A stretch of 64,000 nt of DNA, from contig CAWJET010000001.1 of the NCBI GenBank assembly GCA_963842085.1, forward strand, positions 32,001 through 96,000. The letters run 5' to 3'. Numbering within the stretch: position 1 is the first letter of the stretch; each line of letters starts with the position of its first letter. Made by a program: the position numbers and the translations under genes. A model generated the notes under the pieces. It saw only the letters and a list, made by a program, of their open reading frames with translations. It ran no database searches and was not told the DNA's origin. This stretch comes from an uncultured delta proteobacterium. Lineage in GTDB: Bacteria > Desulfobacterota > Binatia > Binatales > Binataceae. This document shows positions 20,224-30,139 of this stretch, piece after piece.

Positions 20224-21099
20224 TTACGCGACTGGGTGAGGTCGGGAGAGGATGAAGTCTGCCGCGTGCTGCGCTTGGGCTGCGGCTAGAATCACAAGGC
20301 GACGATCGTCGCGGAGCTTCTTTAGCCAGCCGGCCACGTATGCGGCTTGGTTAGCGATTACTGCGTTCGAGATTCCTGCTTCGGCGCACAAGTAAGCGCC
20401 TCCCATTTCTGCGATCAATTCTTCTTTGGAGTAGGCGGCGGATCCAAACTCGGCGGCTTCTGTAATGCTCTCGCGCGCAAGTCGCTTTCCGTGACCGGTC
20501 GAGTGGATTGCCTCGTGAAAAATCGTTGATCCGTATTCCTCCGCTGAGACAAACAGATTTCGGGGCGGCATCGTGATCCGATCCGCGGCGCTGCTGTAAA
20601 ACGCCTTGGTTCCGGCATGCTCGATCGCGGGCGGGTTCGGCATTCCGGCAATGATCCGCTCTACCGCTTCGATCGAATCGTGCTGGTGGGTTTCAATCTT
20701 CGGCAGCTTTTCGAGGGCGCGTTCCGTTAGCTCGCACTGCTCGACGTTCCAGACCCGATAGTATCGAAGGACAAAGCGGCGGCGAGACTCGTTATCGGTT
20801 TCCGCTTCGCTCGTGGGCTCGGTCTCGGCGCGTCGATCTTCGACCTTCCAGAAAACTATGATCGTGCTCTCCTCGCCTTTGCGAATGTGTCCGCCGAGTT
20901 CGTTCGCCTGTCGCATGGTCAACCAGTACGGCTGCACGTACTTGGACGCTGAAAGCAGAAAATGATTGATCCCTCGATATGGCTTCTTGCTCACGACATT
21001 GCGCGGCAATCCGCCTCCGGTCCACGGCCTGCGCCATGGCACGACGCCTTGTTCAAGCAGGTTGATGATCTTTTCCGTTACAATCGCATACACGTCCAT
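20224..21099 (-). CDS. ardC: ArdC-family antirestriction/ssDNA-binding protein (DUF1738 plus zincin)
   Basis: VPWRRPW, YRGIN, WLTMRQA, RKGE, FHEAIHSTGH, YSKEELIAE. Confidence 0.9.
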   Translation of the reverse strand: MDVYAIVTEKIINLLEQGVVPWRRPWTGGGLPRNVVSKKPYRGINHFLLSASKYVQPYWLTMRQANELGGHIRKGEESTIIVFWKVEDRRAETEPTSEAETDNESRRRFVLRYYRVWNVEQCELTERALEKLPKIETHQHDSIEAVERIIAGMPNPPAIEHAGTKAFYSSAADRITMPPRNLFVSAEEYGSTIFHEAIHSTGHGKRLARESITEAAEFGSAAYSKEELIAEMGGAYLCAEAGISNAVIANQAAYVAGWLKKLRDDRRLVILAAAQAQHAADFILSRPHPVA

Positions 21100-21178
21100 T
21101 GTCGTAATCTCCGAAATTGAATTCGTTTGGTTTGAAGAGAGAGCCGCTCTTTCGCGACTCTCTCCTGATTGATGAGTC

Positions 21179-21562
21179 TTAGAAGGGGATATCGTCGGAC
21201 GCTTTCGCTTTTGGTGCGGCGGTTCCGTTCGTGCGATTTCCGAGCAAACGCATTTGCAGCGCTACGATCTCGGTTCGATAGCGCGTGCCGCTCCCGTCCT
21301 TCGCCTCGTACTGGCGGGTTGTCAGCCGTCCCTCGACGTAGACCTGGCGTCCCTTGGAAAGCAGGCGCTGGCAGTTGTCCGCGAGCTTCCCGAAGGCGAC
21401 CACGCGATGCCATTCGGTACGCTCCTGTTGCTCGCCGTTTCGATCCTTGAATCGAGCCTTGGTTGCGACTGAGAAATTCGCCACGTTCTGACCTGACGGC
21501 AGTGCGCGAACCTCGGGATCACGGCCCAGATTTCCGACTACGATCGCTTTGTTGATAGACAT
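21179..21562 (-). CDS. ssb: Single-stranded DNA-binding protein
   Basis: [22 protein letters not shown]-terminal DDIPF. Confidence 0.95.
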   Translation of the reverse strand: MSINKAIVVGNLGRDPEVRALPSGQNVANFSVATKARFKDRNGEQQERTEWHRVVAFGKLADNCQRLLSKGRQVYVEGRLTTRQYEAKDGSGTRYRTEIVALQMRLLGNRTNGTAAPKAKASDDIPF

Positions 21563-21595
21563 GACACTTACCTCCAATTCCTTTTGCTGTTTGAT

Positions 21596-21805
21596 TTAGA
21601 ATCCGTCTTCGTCGATCCGGTGGGCGTTGAAATCGCGTTCAGCCTTTTCGCCGTGACCGCAGCGAGTGCCGTAGAGGCCCTTATCGCAGGGGTAGTAGAA
21701 CGCTCGCTCTCCAGAACTGATTCCCGTCTGGCAATTCGGCTCGGCGCATCTCGCCGGATACCGGACGGTGATCCACTTGGGATCGCACTTGAACCTTCGT
21801 CTCAT
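21596..21805 (-). CDS. Small Cys-containing hypothetical protein of the leading region
   Basis: DPKWITVRYPARCAEPNC..GERAFYYP..CGH; AAGGAG RBS; operonic with ssb. Confidence 0.65.
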   Translation of the reverse strand: MRRRFKCDPKWITVRYPARCAEPNCQTGISSGERAFYYPCDKGLYGTRCGHGEKAERDFNAHRIDEDGF

Positions 21806-22701
21806 TGTCGTTTCTCCTTTCCGCCCGCTTCCCGTCATCGGGCAGGGCGTGCTTCGCGTTTGCTTTCATCACCGCGCAACATTTTTCGCGGCGACCTCTC
21901 ACCCAAATCTGGAGGTCGCTGCGCAGATTCCAGATGCGCGAGCGGAGCGGGCGGCAGGACGTGCCACAGCGCAGCGGCCCGGAGGGCTGGCGCGGCGTGC
22001 TAGCGCAGCGAACGCTACCAATGAGAGCGGCCGCGAAGCGGAGATCGCAGGCGGAGATGGGGGTCGCGTTGGGCCGCGACGCGGAGTTTACGGAGCGCTC
22101 GCGGGGCGGCTCACAGCGGAGCGGCACGCGTGTCTGTTCAAAATGAGTCGGCGGAGGGACTTCGCGAGAATAAGCTTCGTCCTTCGTTTAGCCAATGCGA
22201 GTTTCTCTGGAGTAACGAAATACTCCTGAAGGCGCACAAACGGCTGAAATGAAAAGGAGCGCGACTGTTCAAATCCCGTCTCTCCGCCACCCAGTCCACG
22301 ATTTTCTTGTTCTCTGCGGGAAAATGGAAAATACTGCGCGTGTTCGGGCATTTCTTCTACATGAGGGGACCGGAGAAGCTCGGATTCGCTTATCAACTGC
22401 CGACTTATGCTCAATTCTCTCTGTCGAGAACCTAGCCGGCGCCCTTCCCGTGTGGTCTGCGAAGAGAGGTTCGCCAGGATATCGGGTTTCGGCCGACACG
22501 ATTCGCCACACGGCCGCGGGCCGCGGCGGATCTCGCTTAGGTAGACGGGTTGGTGAGCAGCTCGCGCAACGCGCCGCTTCCGAGAGGTTGTCCCTCGAAC
22601 GGCTGTCCACTTCTTGCGAGGAACAGATGAAACGATTCCCGGGAGGTTGTCTTTCCCACGTGCGGTACCTTGTTCTAAACTCCAACGCGAAGACCCGATA
22701 G

Positions 22702-24126
22702 ATGCCCGACCATAACGACTTCTCAATCCTCATCTGGCAGATCGCGGATCTGCTGCGAGGACCGTATCGCCCGCCGCAGTACGAGCGCGTCATGTTGCCG
22801 ATGACTGTTTTACGCCGATTCGATTGCGTGCTGGCACCAACCAAGACCAGGGTCCTCGCGGAGCATGAAAAGCGAAAGGGTGGCAAACTCAACAACGAGG
22901 CCATCGACAGACTTCTGAACAAAGCGGCCGGTCAACGATTTCACAATCACTCCCCCTTGGACTTTGAAAAACTGAAGGGCGATCCGGACCACATTGATAA
23001 GCATCTGGCCAATTACATTGACGGCTTCTCCGCCAATGCTCGAACGATCTTTGATTTCTTTGAGTTCGAGAATGAGATCGAGAAGATGCGCGAGGCGAAT
23101 ATTCTCTACCTCGTAGTGTCCAAGTTCTGTGATGTGGACCTCCATCCGAAGACCGTAGCCAACGAGCAGATGGGGCTGATCTTCGAGAATCTCATCCGCC
23201 GTTTCAATGAATTGGCCAATGAAACCGCGGGCGATCATTTCACTCCGCGTGAAGTGATAAGGCTGATGGTGAATTTATTGTTCGTCAATGACGACGAGCT
23301 ACTCGCCACTCCTGGCACGGTGCGCAAACTCCTCGATCCTGCCTGCGGCACCGGTGGCATGCTCGCCGAAGCGCAGAACTATCTGCGCGAACATCACTCG
23401 GCGGCTCGCCTCTTTGTGTATGGGCAGGATTACAACAAACGCGCATTCGCGACTGCGGCGTCTGACATGCTCATGAAAGACGTCGATCACAACGGCGGCG
23501 GCGACAACGTTCGATTTGGGGATAGCTTCACCGAGGACCGATTCGAACGCGAAACTTTCGATTATCTCCTTTCAAACCCGCCGTTCGGAGTCGACTGGAA
23601 GAAGCAACAAAAAGAGATCACAAGTGAGCATCAAAAACGCGGCTTCGCGGGCCGCTTCGGTGCTGGGCTTCCGCGCGTGAACGACGGGTCGCTGCTGTTC
23701 CTGCAACACATGATCAGTAAGTTTGAGCCGGTGCTGCCTGATCAACACAAACACGGCTCGCGTCTCGGTATCGTCTTTAGTGGTTCTCCGCTGTTCACTG
23801 GGGGCGCAGGCTCAGGTGAGAGTGAGATTCGCAAATGGATAATTGAGAACGACTGGCTCGAAGCGATCGTCGCTCTACCCGAGCAGATGTTCTACAACAC
23901 CGGAATCGGAACGTATGTATGCATCGTCACCAACCGCAAGGAAAGGCGCCGCAGAGGCAAGATCCAGCTCCTAGACGCGCGAGCGCTCTATATCCCGCTC
24001 CGCCGCAGCCTTGGTGACAAGCGGCGCAAAATAGGTGAGAAGGAGGACGGCCGAGACCAAATAACCGAGATCGTGCAGCTCTACGGGCGCTTCGCTCGCA
24101 CTGACACCTCCAAGATATTCGACAAC
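22702..24126 (+). pseudogene. hsdM: Type I restriction-modification methyltransferase M subunit, truncated by IS
   Basis: IWQIADLLRG, GDHFTPREV, DPACGTGG, NPPFG; cut at the IS end at 24127; no hsdS or hsdR in window. Confidence 0.88.
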
Positions 24127-24166
24127 TGTACGTCGTCAGAACCTATTGGACAAGTTGGCACAGGAA

Positions 24167-25180
24167 TTAAGAGAGGATCTGGTCCATCTGAGTTGAACCT
24201 TTGGCTGCGAACGAATGATGCAGCCGGCGTCTGGCTTCGATGGTTTTCAGTTTGGCATTTTTCCTCCGTGACAGAATCGCGGGACCTCGGCCGAAGTAGA
24301 CGTCGGCCGGGGTCAGGTTGTTGAGACTTTCGTGGTAGCGGCGCGAGTTGTAGTAGTCGACGAACTCGGCCAGGCGCGCTTCGAGCTGACCGGGCAGGTA
24401 GTAGTTCTCGAGCAGGATCTGGTTCTTCATCGAACGATGGTAACGTTCGATCTTACCCTGGGTCATCGGGTGATAGGGCTTGCCGCGGGTATGCATCATG
24501 CCATGCTCCGCGAGCCAGGAGCCAAGCTGGGCCGACACGTACGACGGTCCGTTGTCGCTCAGCAGGCGCGGCCGGTGCCGGACGCGGACGCGCTCCAACC
24601 CGGAGTTGCGCAGCGCCATCGCGAGGGTGTCGGAGACATCGGTGGCAGTCATGGTGGTACACAGCTTCCAGGCCAGGATATAGCGCGAGAAGTCATCAAG
24701 GACAGTCGACAGATAGAACCAGCCCCAGCCGATCACCCGCAGGTAGGTAAAGTCGGTCTGCCAGAGTTGATTGGGTGCGGTGGTTGGATGGGCGAAGCTG
24801 TCGGCTGCCTTCATCAAGATGAAGGCCGGGCTGGTGATCAGGTCGTGCGCCTTCAGCAGCCGATAAACTGAGGCTTCCGAGACGAAGTACTGCTGCTGGT
24901 CGACGAACGAGACCGCCAACTCCCGCGGCGATAGCTGCGGTTCTTTGAGCGCAAGCTCGAGCACGGCCTGAGTAACTGCAGCTGGGAGCTTGTTCCACAC
25001 CCGCCGCGGCGCCGGCGTGCGATCCTCCAGCCCTTCATCATCGCGAGTTCGATAGCGATCGTACCAGCAATAGAAGGTGGACCGTGGGATGCCGATCTGC
25101 TCCAGGGTGCGCCGCACCGGCAGCGACGACTGCTCGACCAGCCGGATGATCTCCAGCTTCTCGGCGGCCGCGTACCTCAT
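24167..25180 (-). CDS. IS3-family transposase OrfB (DDE)
   Basis: WQTDFTY, LDDFSR, SDNG, GKIER. Confidence 0.93.
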   Translation of the reverse strand: MRYAAAEKLEIIRLVEQSSLPVRRTLEQIGIPRSTFYCWYDRYRTRDDEGLEDRTPAPRRVWNKLPAAVTQAVLELALKEPQLSPRELAVSFVDQQQYFVSEASVYRLLKAHDLITSPAFILMKAADSFAHPTTAPNQLWQTDFTYLRVIGWGWFYLSTVLDDFSRYILAWKLCTTMTATDVSDTLAMALRNSGLERVRVRHRPRLLSDNGPSYVSAQLGSWLAEHGMMHTRGKPYHPMTQGKIERYHRSMKNQILLENYYLPGQLEARLAEFVDYYNSRRYHESLNNLTPADVYFGRGPAILSRRKNAKLKTIEARRRLHHSFAAKGSTQMDQILS

Positions 25181-25551
25181 ATATCGGACTCCCCATCCGC
25201 CAGCACGCTTTTTTTGAGCAGGCGGTTCTCCATCATCAGTTCGGCCAGCAGTTCCTTGAGCTGATGGCTCTCCGCCCGCAGCTCCTTGACTTCATCGCTG
25301 GTCGCTTCACGCGCGGTATCGCCGGCCAGCCGCCTCTTGCCCGCCTCCAGGAAGTCCTTGGACCAGCGATAGTAGAGGTTCTGGTTGATCCCTTCCTTGC
25401 GGCACAACTCGGCCACGCTATCCTCGCCGCGCAGGCCGGCGATCACGATCCGGACCTTGTCCTCAGCCGAGAAGTGCCGGCGGGTCGCCCGCCTTATGTC
25501 GCGTACCGCCTTTTCCGCCCCATCCGACTGCGCATCGATTTTCGATCTCAT
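25177..25551 (-). CDS. IS3-family OrfA
   Basis: HTH_Tnp_1-like; A7G run near the end (LLKKS). Confidence 0.9.
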   Translation of the reverse strand: MRSKIDAQSDGAEKAVRDIRRATRRHFSAEDKVRIVIAGLRGEDSVAELCRKEGINQNLYYRWSKDFLEAGKRRLAGDTAREATSDEVKELRAESHQLKELLAELMMENRLLKKSVLADGESDI

Positions 25552-25639
25552 CTACCGCTCCTTCCGCGGTTAAAGATGAGCCAAAAACCCTCTCTTCCTC
25601 AATCGCCTCGAATTGTCCAACTTGTGCTGACGGGGAACA

Positions 25640-26322
25640 AGCTCGCCATCGCAGACGCCCTTGACCTGCTGCAGACGTTCCGCGGCGCTGATCTTACGCA
25701 AACGATCTATCAGATTGAAAAGTCCCTGAGAGGAGCCTCGGCTGACGGCTACGCGGCCGTATTGACGACGAGCGGCGCGAAGGCAGAAGTTCTTGGCGCT
25801 GCGGGTCTAGTCAAGCGGTTGGCCGGACAGATCAATGTCGTCATCCACGCGTTAGGCATACTCTTGTGCCTCCCTCATATCCTTCGACCCGGCGAAATCA
25901 TCGACTACGTTTCACTGGGCGCCGGAAACACCGGTAGAGCATTTGATTTGGAGACTAACCAGCGTATCGCGGAATTCAAATTCATCCACTGGCGGGGCGG
26001 GCCGGAATCGATCCGCCAAAACTCGCTGTTCAAGGATTTCTATGAGATGGCGGAGTGCGAAACCCCGAAGGAGAAATACCTCTATATGCTCGGCTCAGAT
26101 CATGGGGAGAAGTTCTTTAATGGGGGCCGCGCCTTGACCAGCGTCTTGAGCAGCAACGGAACCCTGCGGAAGAAGTTCAATGATAAATTCGGGAATCGCT
26201 ATCGCAGTGTGCGCGACTATTATGTGCCAAGGAAAGGGCTCGTGGTAATTCAGGATGTATCGACCTTTGTGCCCGAACTGGTTGCAGCGGCTGTCGAGGC
26301 TGTTGAAGCTGACGAGGTGTGA
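25640..26322 (+). pseudogene. Hypothetical protein with PD-(D/E)XK-like motif, start removed by IS
   Basis: FDLETNQRIAEFK (D-x8-E-x-K); the reading frame enters from inside the IS end. Confidence 0.55.
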
Positions 26323-26457
26323 GCCTATGCCGGCGTGCCCAGATATGGCAGCGAGCATCGCCGGCCGCACTATTGGTCAGATTCTCGGACGCCTATTCGG
26401 TGATGCAAAGTAGACAGGCGAGAATTCTTTTAGGGTACAGCTCGATGGAGTCATTGT

Positions 26458-29400
26458 TCAATTCCATTCGCCGATCAGTACAAAGGGAGCCCAGAAGAAT
26501 GGGGATGCCAAAGACTGCTGCTCGCCAGTGACGGCGCTTTTGATCTGCTTCCGCATCGTCTCAAGGCGAGCTCGACGCAATGCGTCCGGCTTGGGGAGCC
26601 CGCTCTTGAGCCCTCTGTAGAAGGACTCCATGAACAGACTGGTGGACTCGTCGCTCACCTCCCAAAGGCTCGCGACGACCGATCGACTGCCAGCGAACAA
26701 GAACGCACTCGTCAGGCCGACGATGCCTTCGCCGCGAGACATCTTGCCGCGAGCGGTCTCACATGCCGAAAGCACGACAAGATCCGCCTTCAGGCGAAGA
26801 TTGAAGATCTCGGACATTTTTAGCAAGTCACTGTCGGGTGCGCCGGTACTATCTGGAGAAAAGATTAGAGCGGGCTGGTTAATCCATCGAACCTCGTCGC
26901 CCATAACGGCATGCGTGGCGAAGTGAAGGGTACGGTACTGGCTCAAGTCGAGCCCCAACAACGCTCGCTTAGTGGCATTGCTTCCAAGATAGACAGAACT
27001 CGATTGTGGGCTGATCCCATAGACCGCTAGAATCGCGTGCACTTCCTCGGCCGAATAAGGGAGGCGATCAAAACCGACACCCATTTTTGCATAAGCACCG
27101 CGCGTGCTGAGCGCGAGTTGGGACGGCGCGGGAGTGGATTGAAAAGCTGGATCTCCGAAAGCTAACAGAGGGCGTTGAGCGGAGCTCGGATTGCGCCTGA
27201 TGCCTTTCAGAGCGACAAGGACCGAAGCGGACGGAGCGTAGCTGAAGTCATACGCCTTGCCCAAGTAGGGCTGAGACGCAAGAGAGTCCGCTGGCCCGTC
27301 CAGTTTCGCGTCGGCATCGATGATTGCTTCGAACGGCAAATAGAAGAGGTCGGCATCTGGCACGACCACAATGTGGTGTTTGCCCGCGATTTGATCTCGG
27401 ACAGGAGCAACGAGATCGGCATAGAGTTGCTTTGCGAGTTGCATGTGGCTGTTTATCTCCGAGCTTCCGAATAGCGGTTGTCGAAGCGTCGGTAGGAATT
27501 GGTCCAATGTTTTGTCGATGACGTCTTGGGCCGGGAGCCGGTACAGCCGGATTTGACGGTTCGTTATAACCCCGACCCCTGAGAACGACGGTCCGAGATC
27601 GTACTCCAGGAGCACAGTGTCGTCGTCCAGCAAAGCCTGGACATCGGAGACTCGCACGGGTGTTGACGATTCCATGCTCGCGTATTTCGCATTTGTTGCG
27701 GCGATTTTTTCGTGAACCTGGCGCAGCTCCGCCGTTTGCTCAGTCAGAGCGTCTTGCAAAGTCACTTTTCTGAGCTCTGAGACCGTTGCATCGGAAAACG
27801 CATTCTGGAGCGCCGAAATCTTTACTCGCACCGCATCTTCTTGTCGAACCAACGCTGGATCGACACCCTCGCGAGCGCGAACGCCCGCGTCGTTCAAGAG
27901 ATCCAAAAGGGCGCGCGCCTTCCCTTCTTCGTGGTACGTGAAAGCTTGGTCAAGCAGCTCAGCCGATGGCGCTTTCGCATACAGTTCGAGCGTTACGCGC
28001 GTCAGGTTTTCGTAGAGACCCCAGGCGAGTTCCCTTGAGGAAAGCTGCAGCTCTGGCAGCTGCTGCCCGCCTCCGAATCGTTCCATTACTTCAGCGGCGC
28101 GCCGGTCGTAGCTAAGCGCGGCATCTAGGTCGCCCTGCTTCTCGTAAGCGTAACCGATCCGCGCATAGACCCACATAACTTCGGGACTCTTATATTTTTC
28201 CGCTATAGCCTCCGCTTCTGCGAATGCGCTTAGGGCGTCCGCGTAATCGTTCACGCGCATGTACGCATCTCCAAGGAAAACCGAAGCGAGCGCCAGTTTG
28301 CGAAGAGTCTGTTCATTCTGCGGCAGCTTACGATACACCGCTACCAGCGGCCGCAACATTGTCATCGCGTCTGCTGGAGTGCCGTATTCGGCCTCCATCT
28401 CGCCAATAGCGAGGAAAGAGTCTCCAAGAAGGAAGTTCATGGCCTTGGAGCGGTCTTTGAGCACACTGCTGGCAAGTTCCTCGCCTTGCTGTTCGTACTT
28501 TGCTTGGGCCGACAAATCTCCGATCTGACCTGCGACGTAATACAGTCGAAGGAGATCCGTCATTTGTGCATCGTCATCTCCAGCCTGTCGGCTTTCCATG
28601 AGGGCGTAATCGTACCATCGCGCTGATGCTCTGAAATCCCCGATCTGCCGATAGATCTCGGCGACTTTTGCGAGGGTTAGTCCGGCGTTCTTGTGATCGG
28701 CGATCGACCGGTATACTTCGACGCCCTGGGTATAGAAGGCGAAGGCTTGATCATAGTTGCCAAGGTCACGCTCAATGTTGCCACGCTCTGCAAGAATGCT
28801 TCCTTCGATTTGCGTCCGCTGCCGCGCATTGGTGAATTCAGGGAGCGCGCGCGATGCGTCGTCAAGGTAACTTTGAGCAGCGGCAAAGTCACCGGACGTT
28901 TCGGCCAATTCCCCTAAGCCGTAGAGCGCGGGCGAGTAGCGCGGCTTCGCACTGAGAGCCCTCTGATAAGCGTGCCGCGCGTCCTCGACCAGCCCAATAT
29001 TGGCGTAGCCATTACCAAGGTACCAGTAACACTCCGCGCAATCGGGCCTGAGTTTAACCGCTTCGCTGGCGGAATCGACGGTGCGTTGCCACAAGCCAAA
29101 AGTTTGATAAGAAAATGCGAGCGCCGAATAAGATGCGTAATTCGATGATGTACCGTTGACGCGACTTAACCTTTGGAGAGAGTTCCACGCTTCAGGCAGT
29201 CTTCCCAGCTGAACGTCCACGAACGCAAGCTGGGCGTAGGCATCAAAATAGTCGGCTTTCAGGGCTATAGCCTTCGCATATGCTGATGCGGCCTCTGGAA
29301 GCCGATTCGTCGTGCCGTAAGCCGTTCCCAAGAGGTAGTACGCCTCCGGGACGTCCGGCTTGAGGCGAATCGCCTGCTGTTCGGCGATGATTTCCTGATC

Positions 29401-30126
29401 GCTGTGCCCGCTCTTCCCGAAAGCTTCGCCCATATAGAGATAGGCGGCGGAATTGTCTGGGTTGAGTTTGATGGCTTCGTTGAATTCTTTAATTGCTTCG
29501 TCGAACCGTCCGCTCTGGCTGTACGCGAAACCAAGAGTAAAGTGGTTTACAGCGAGCGTTGGATTTTGACGAACAGCCTTTTCGAGAAGTTCGATCGCCT
29601 CTTTGGATTTTCCCAGCCACGCGAGGGCCGAGCCTAGACCTACCTGAACTCCAGCGTCGTCGGGCTTCAGCTTGGCTGCCTGCTGAAACGCCACGAGTGA
29701 ATCCTGCCAACGGCCTAGCCCCATGTACGCAAAGCCCAAAAGAGAATATGGCAGATAACCGAGATTCGGGTTGTCTCGAATTGCAGCTTTGAGTTCATCC
29801 GCTGATTCTTGCCATCGCTGAGCTTTCTGGTACACGATGCCCAGCTGCAGTTCGATTGCGCTCCGCTTTCCTTTGTCTTGCTGCTGAATTTCGTCCAGGG
29901 CGGCTTTGTACTTATCAATTCCGACTTCTATCTGCCCCGTTCGGATTGCGGCAGCGCCCTGTAGAAGCAACTCCTCTGGTTTGCCGCCTGCCGATGACTG
30001 AGGTGCGGGTTGTGTAATTGTCGAGGAGGCAGCCGACGAAACCCCGCATGCCGCGAGCGTCAGCGCGGCTACCAGGATGAAGGACCTGGTGAGCTTGCCA
30101 CGACGAGGGCGTTGCTCTGCGTCCAT
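26458..30126 (-). CDS. Lipoprotein TPR-CHAT (caspase-like clan CD) protease
   Basis: Signal peptide with lipobox LAAC; many TPRs; CHAT motifs VVVPD..LPFEA, LHFATHA (His), VVLSACET (Cys), SLWEVSD, FWAPFVLIG. Confidence 0.92.
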   Translation of the reverse strand: MDAEQRPRRGKLTRSFILVAALTLAACGVSSAASSTITQPAPQSSAGGKPEELLLQGAAAIRTGQIEVGIDKYKAALDEIQQQDKGKRSAIELQLGIVYQKAQRWQESADELKAAIRDNPNLGYLPYSLLGFAYMGLGRWQDSLVAFQQAAKLKPDDAGVQVGLGSALAWLGKSKEAIELLEKAVRQNPTLAVNHFTLGFAYSQSGRFDEAIKEFNEAIKLNPDNSAAYLYMGEAFGKSGHSDQEIIAEQQAIRLKPDVPEAYYLLGTAYGTTNRLPEAASAYAKAIALKADYFDAYAQLAFVDVQLGRLPEAWNSLQRLSRVNGTSSNYASYSALAFSYQTFGLWQRTVDSASEAVKLRPDCAECYWYLGNGYANIGLVEDARHAYQRALSAKPRYSPALYGLGELAETSGDFAAAQSYLDDASRALPEFTNARQRTQIEGSILAERGNIERDLGNYDQAFAFYTQGVEVYRSIADHKNAGLTLAKVAEIYRQIGDFRASARWYDYALMESRQAGDDDAQMTDLLRLYYVAGQIGDLSAQAKYEQQGEELASSVLKDRSKAMNFLLGDSFLAIGEMEAEYGTPADAMTMLRPLVAVYRKLPQNEQTLRKLALASVFLGDAYMRVNDYADALSAFAEAEAIAEKYKSPEVMWVYARIGYAYEKQGDLDAALSYDRRAAEVMERFGGGQQLPELQLSSRELAWGLYENLTRVTLELYAKAPSAELLDQAFTYHEEGKARALLDLLNDAGVRAREGVDPALVRQEDAVRVKISALQNAFSDATVSELRKVTLQDALTEQTAELRQVHEKIAATNAKYASMESSTPVRVSDVQALLDDDTVLLEYDLGPSFSGVGVITNRQIRLYRLPAQDVIDKTLDQFLPTLRQPLFGSSEINSHMQLAKQLYADLVAPVRDQIAGKHHIVVVPDADLFYLPFEAIIDADAKLDGPADSLASQPYLGKAYDFSYAPSASVLVALKGIRRNPSSAQRPLLAFGDPAFQSTPAPSQLALSTRGAYAKMGVGFDRLPYSAEEVHAILAVYGISPQSSSVYLGSNATKRALLGLDLSQYRTLHFATHAVMGDEVRWINQPALIFSPDSTGAPDSDLLKMSEIFNLRLKADLVVLSACETARGKMSRGEGIVGLTSAFLFAGSRSVVASLWEVSDESTSLFMESFYRGLKSGLPKPDALRRARLETMRKQIKSAVTGEQQSLASPFFWAPFVLIGEWN

Positions 30127-30139
30127 CGGGGCTCGCTGC

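Larger units (their letters stand above)
24127..25639 (-). mobile_element. IS3-family insertion sequence, copy 1 (1513 bp)
   Basis: TG...CA ends with imperfect 27-bp IRs (TGTTCCCCGTCAGCACAAGTTGGACAA / TGTACGTCGTCAGAACCTATTGGACAA); no TSD. Confidence 0.93.

Noticed and set aside
21951-21966. TGGCAC as a sigma54 promoter for the ssb-ardC operon
   Set aside because: GG-to-GC spacing is not the required 10 nt
22088-22922. ORFs 22088-22726, 22249-22701 and 22269-22922 as a relaxase or other genes
   Set aside because: No recognisable motifs; mutually overlapping; likely spurious
24127-24324. C-terminal extension of the 540-aa HsdM ORF
   Set aside because: It is read-through into the IS end, not HsdM sequence
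25264-25639. N-terminal part of the 352-aa ORF 25264-26322 (and ORF 34184-34759)
   Set aside because: Antisense IS sequence fused in frame to flanking DNA
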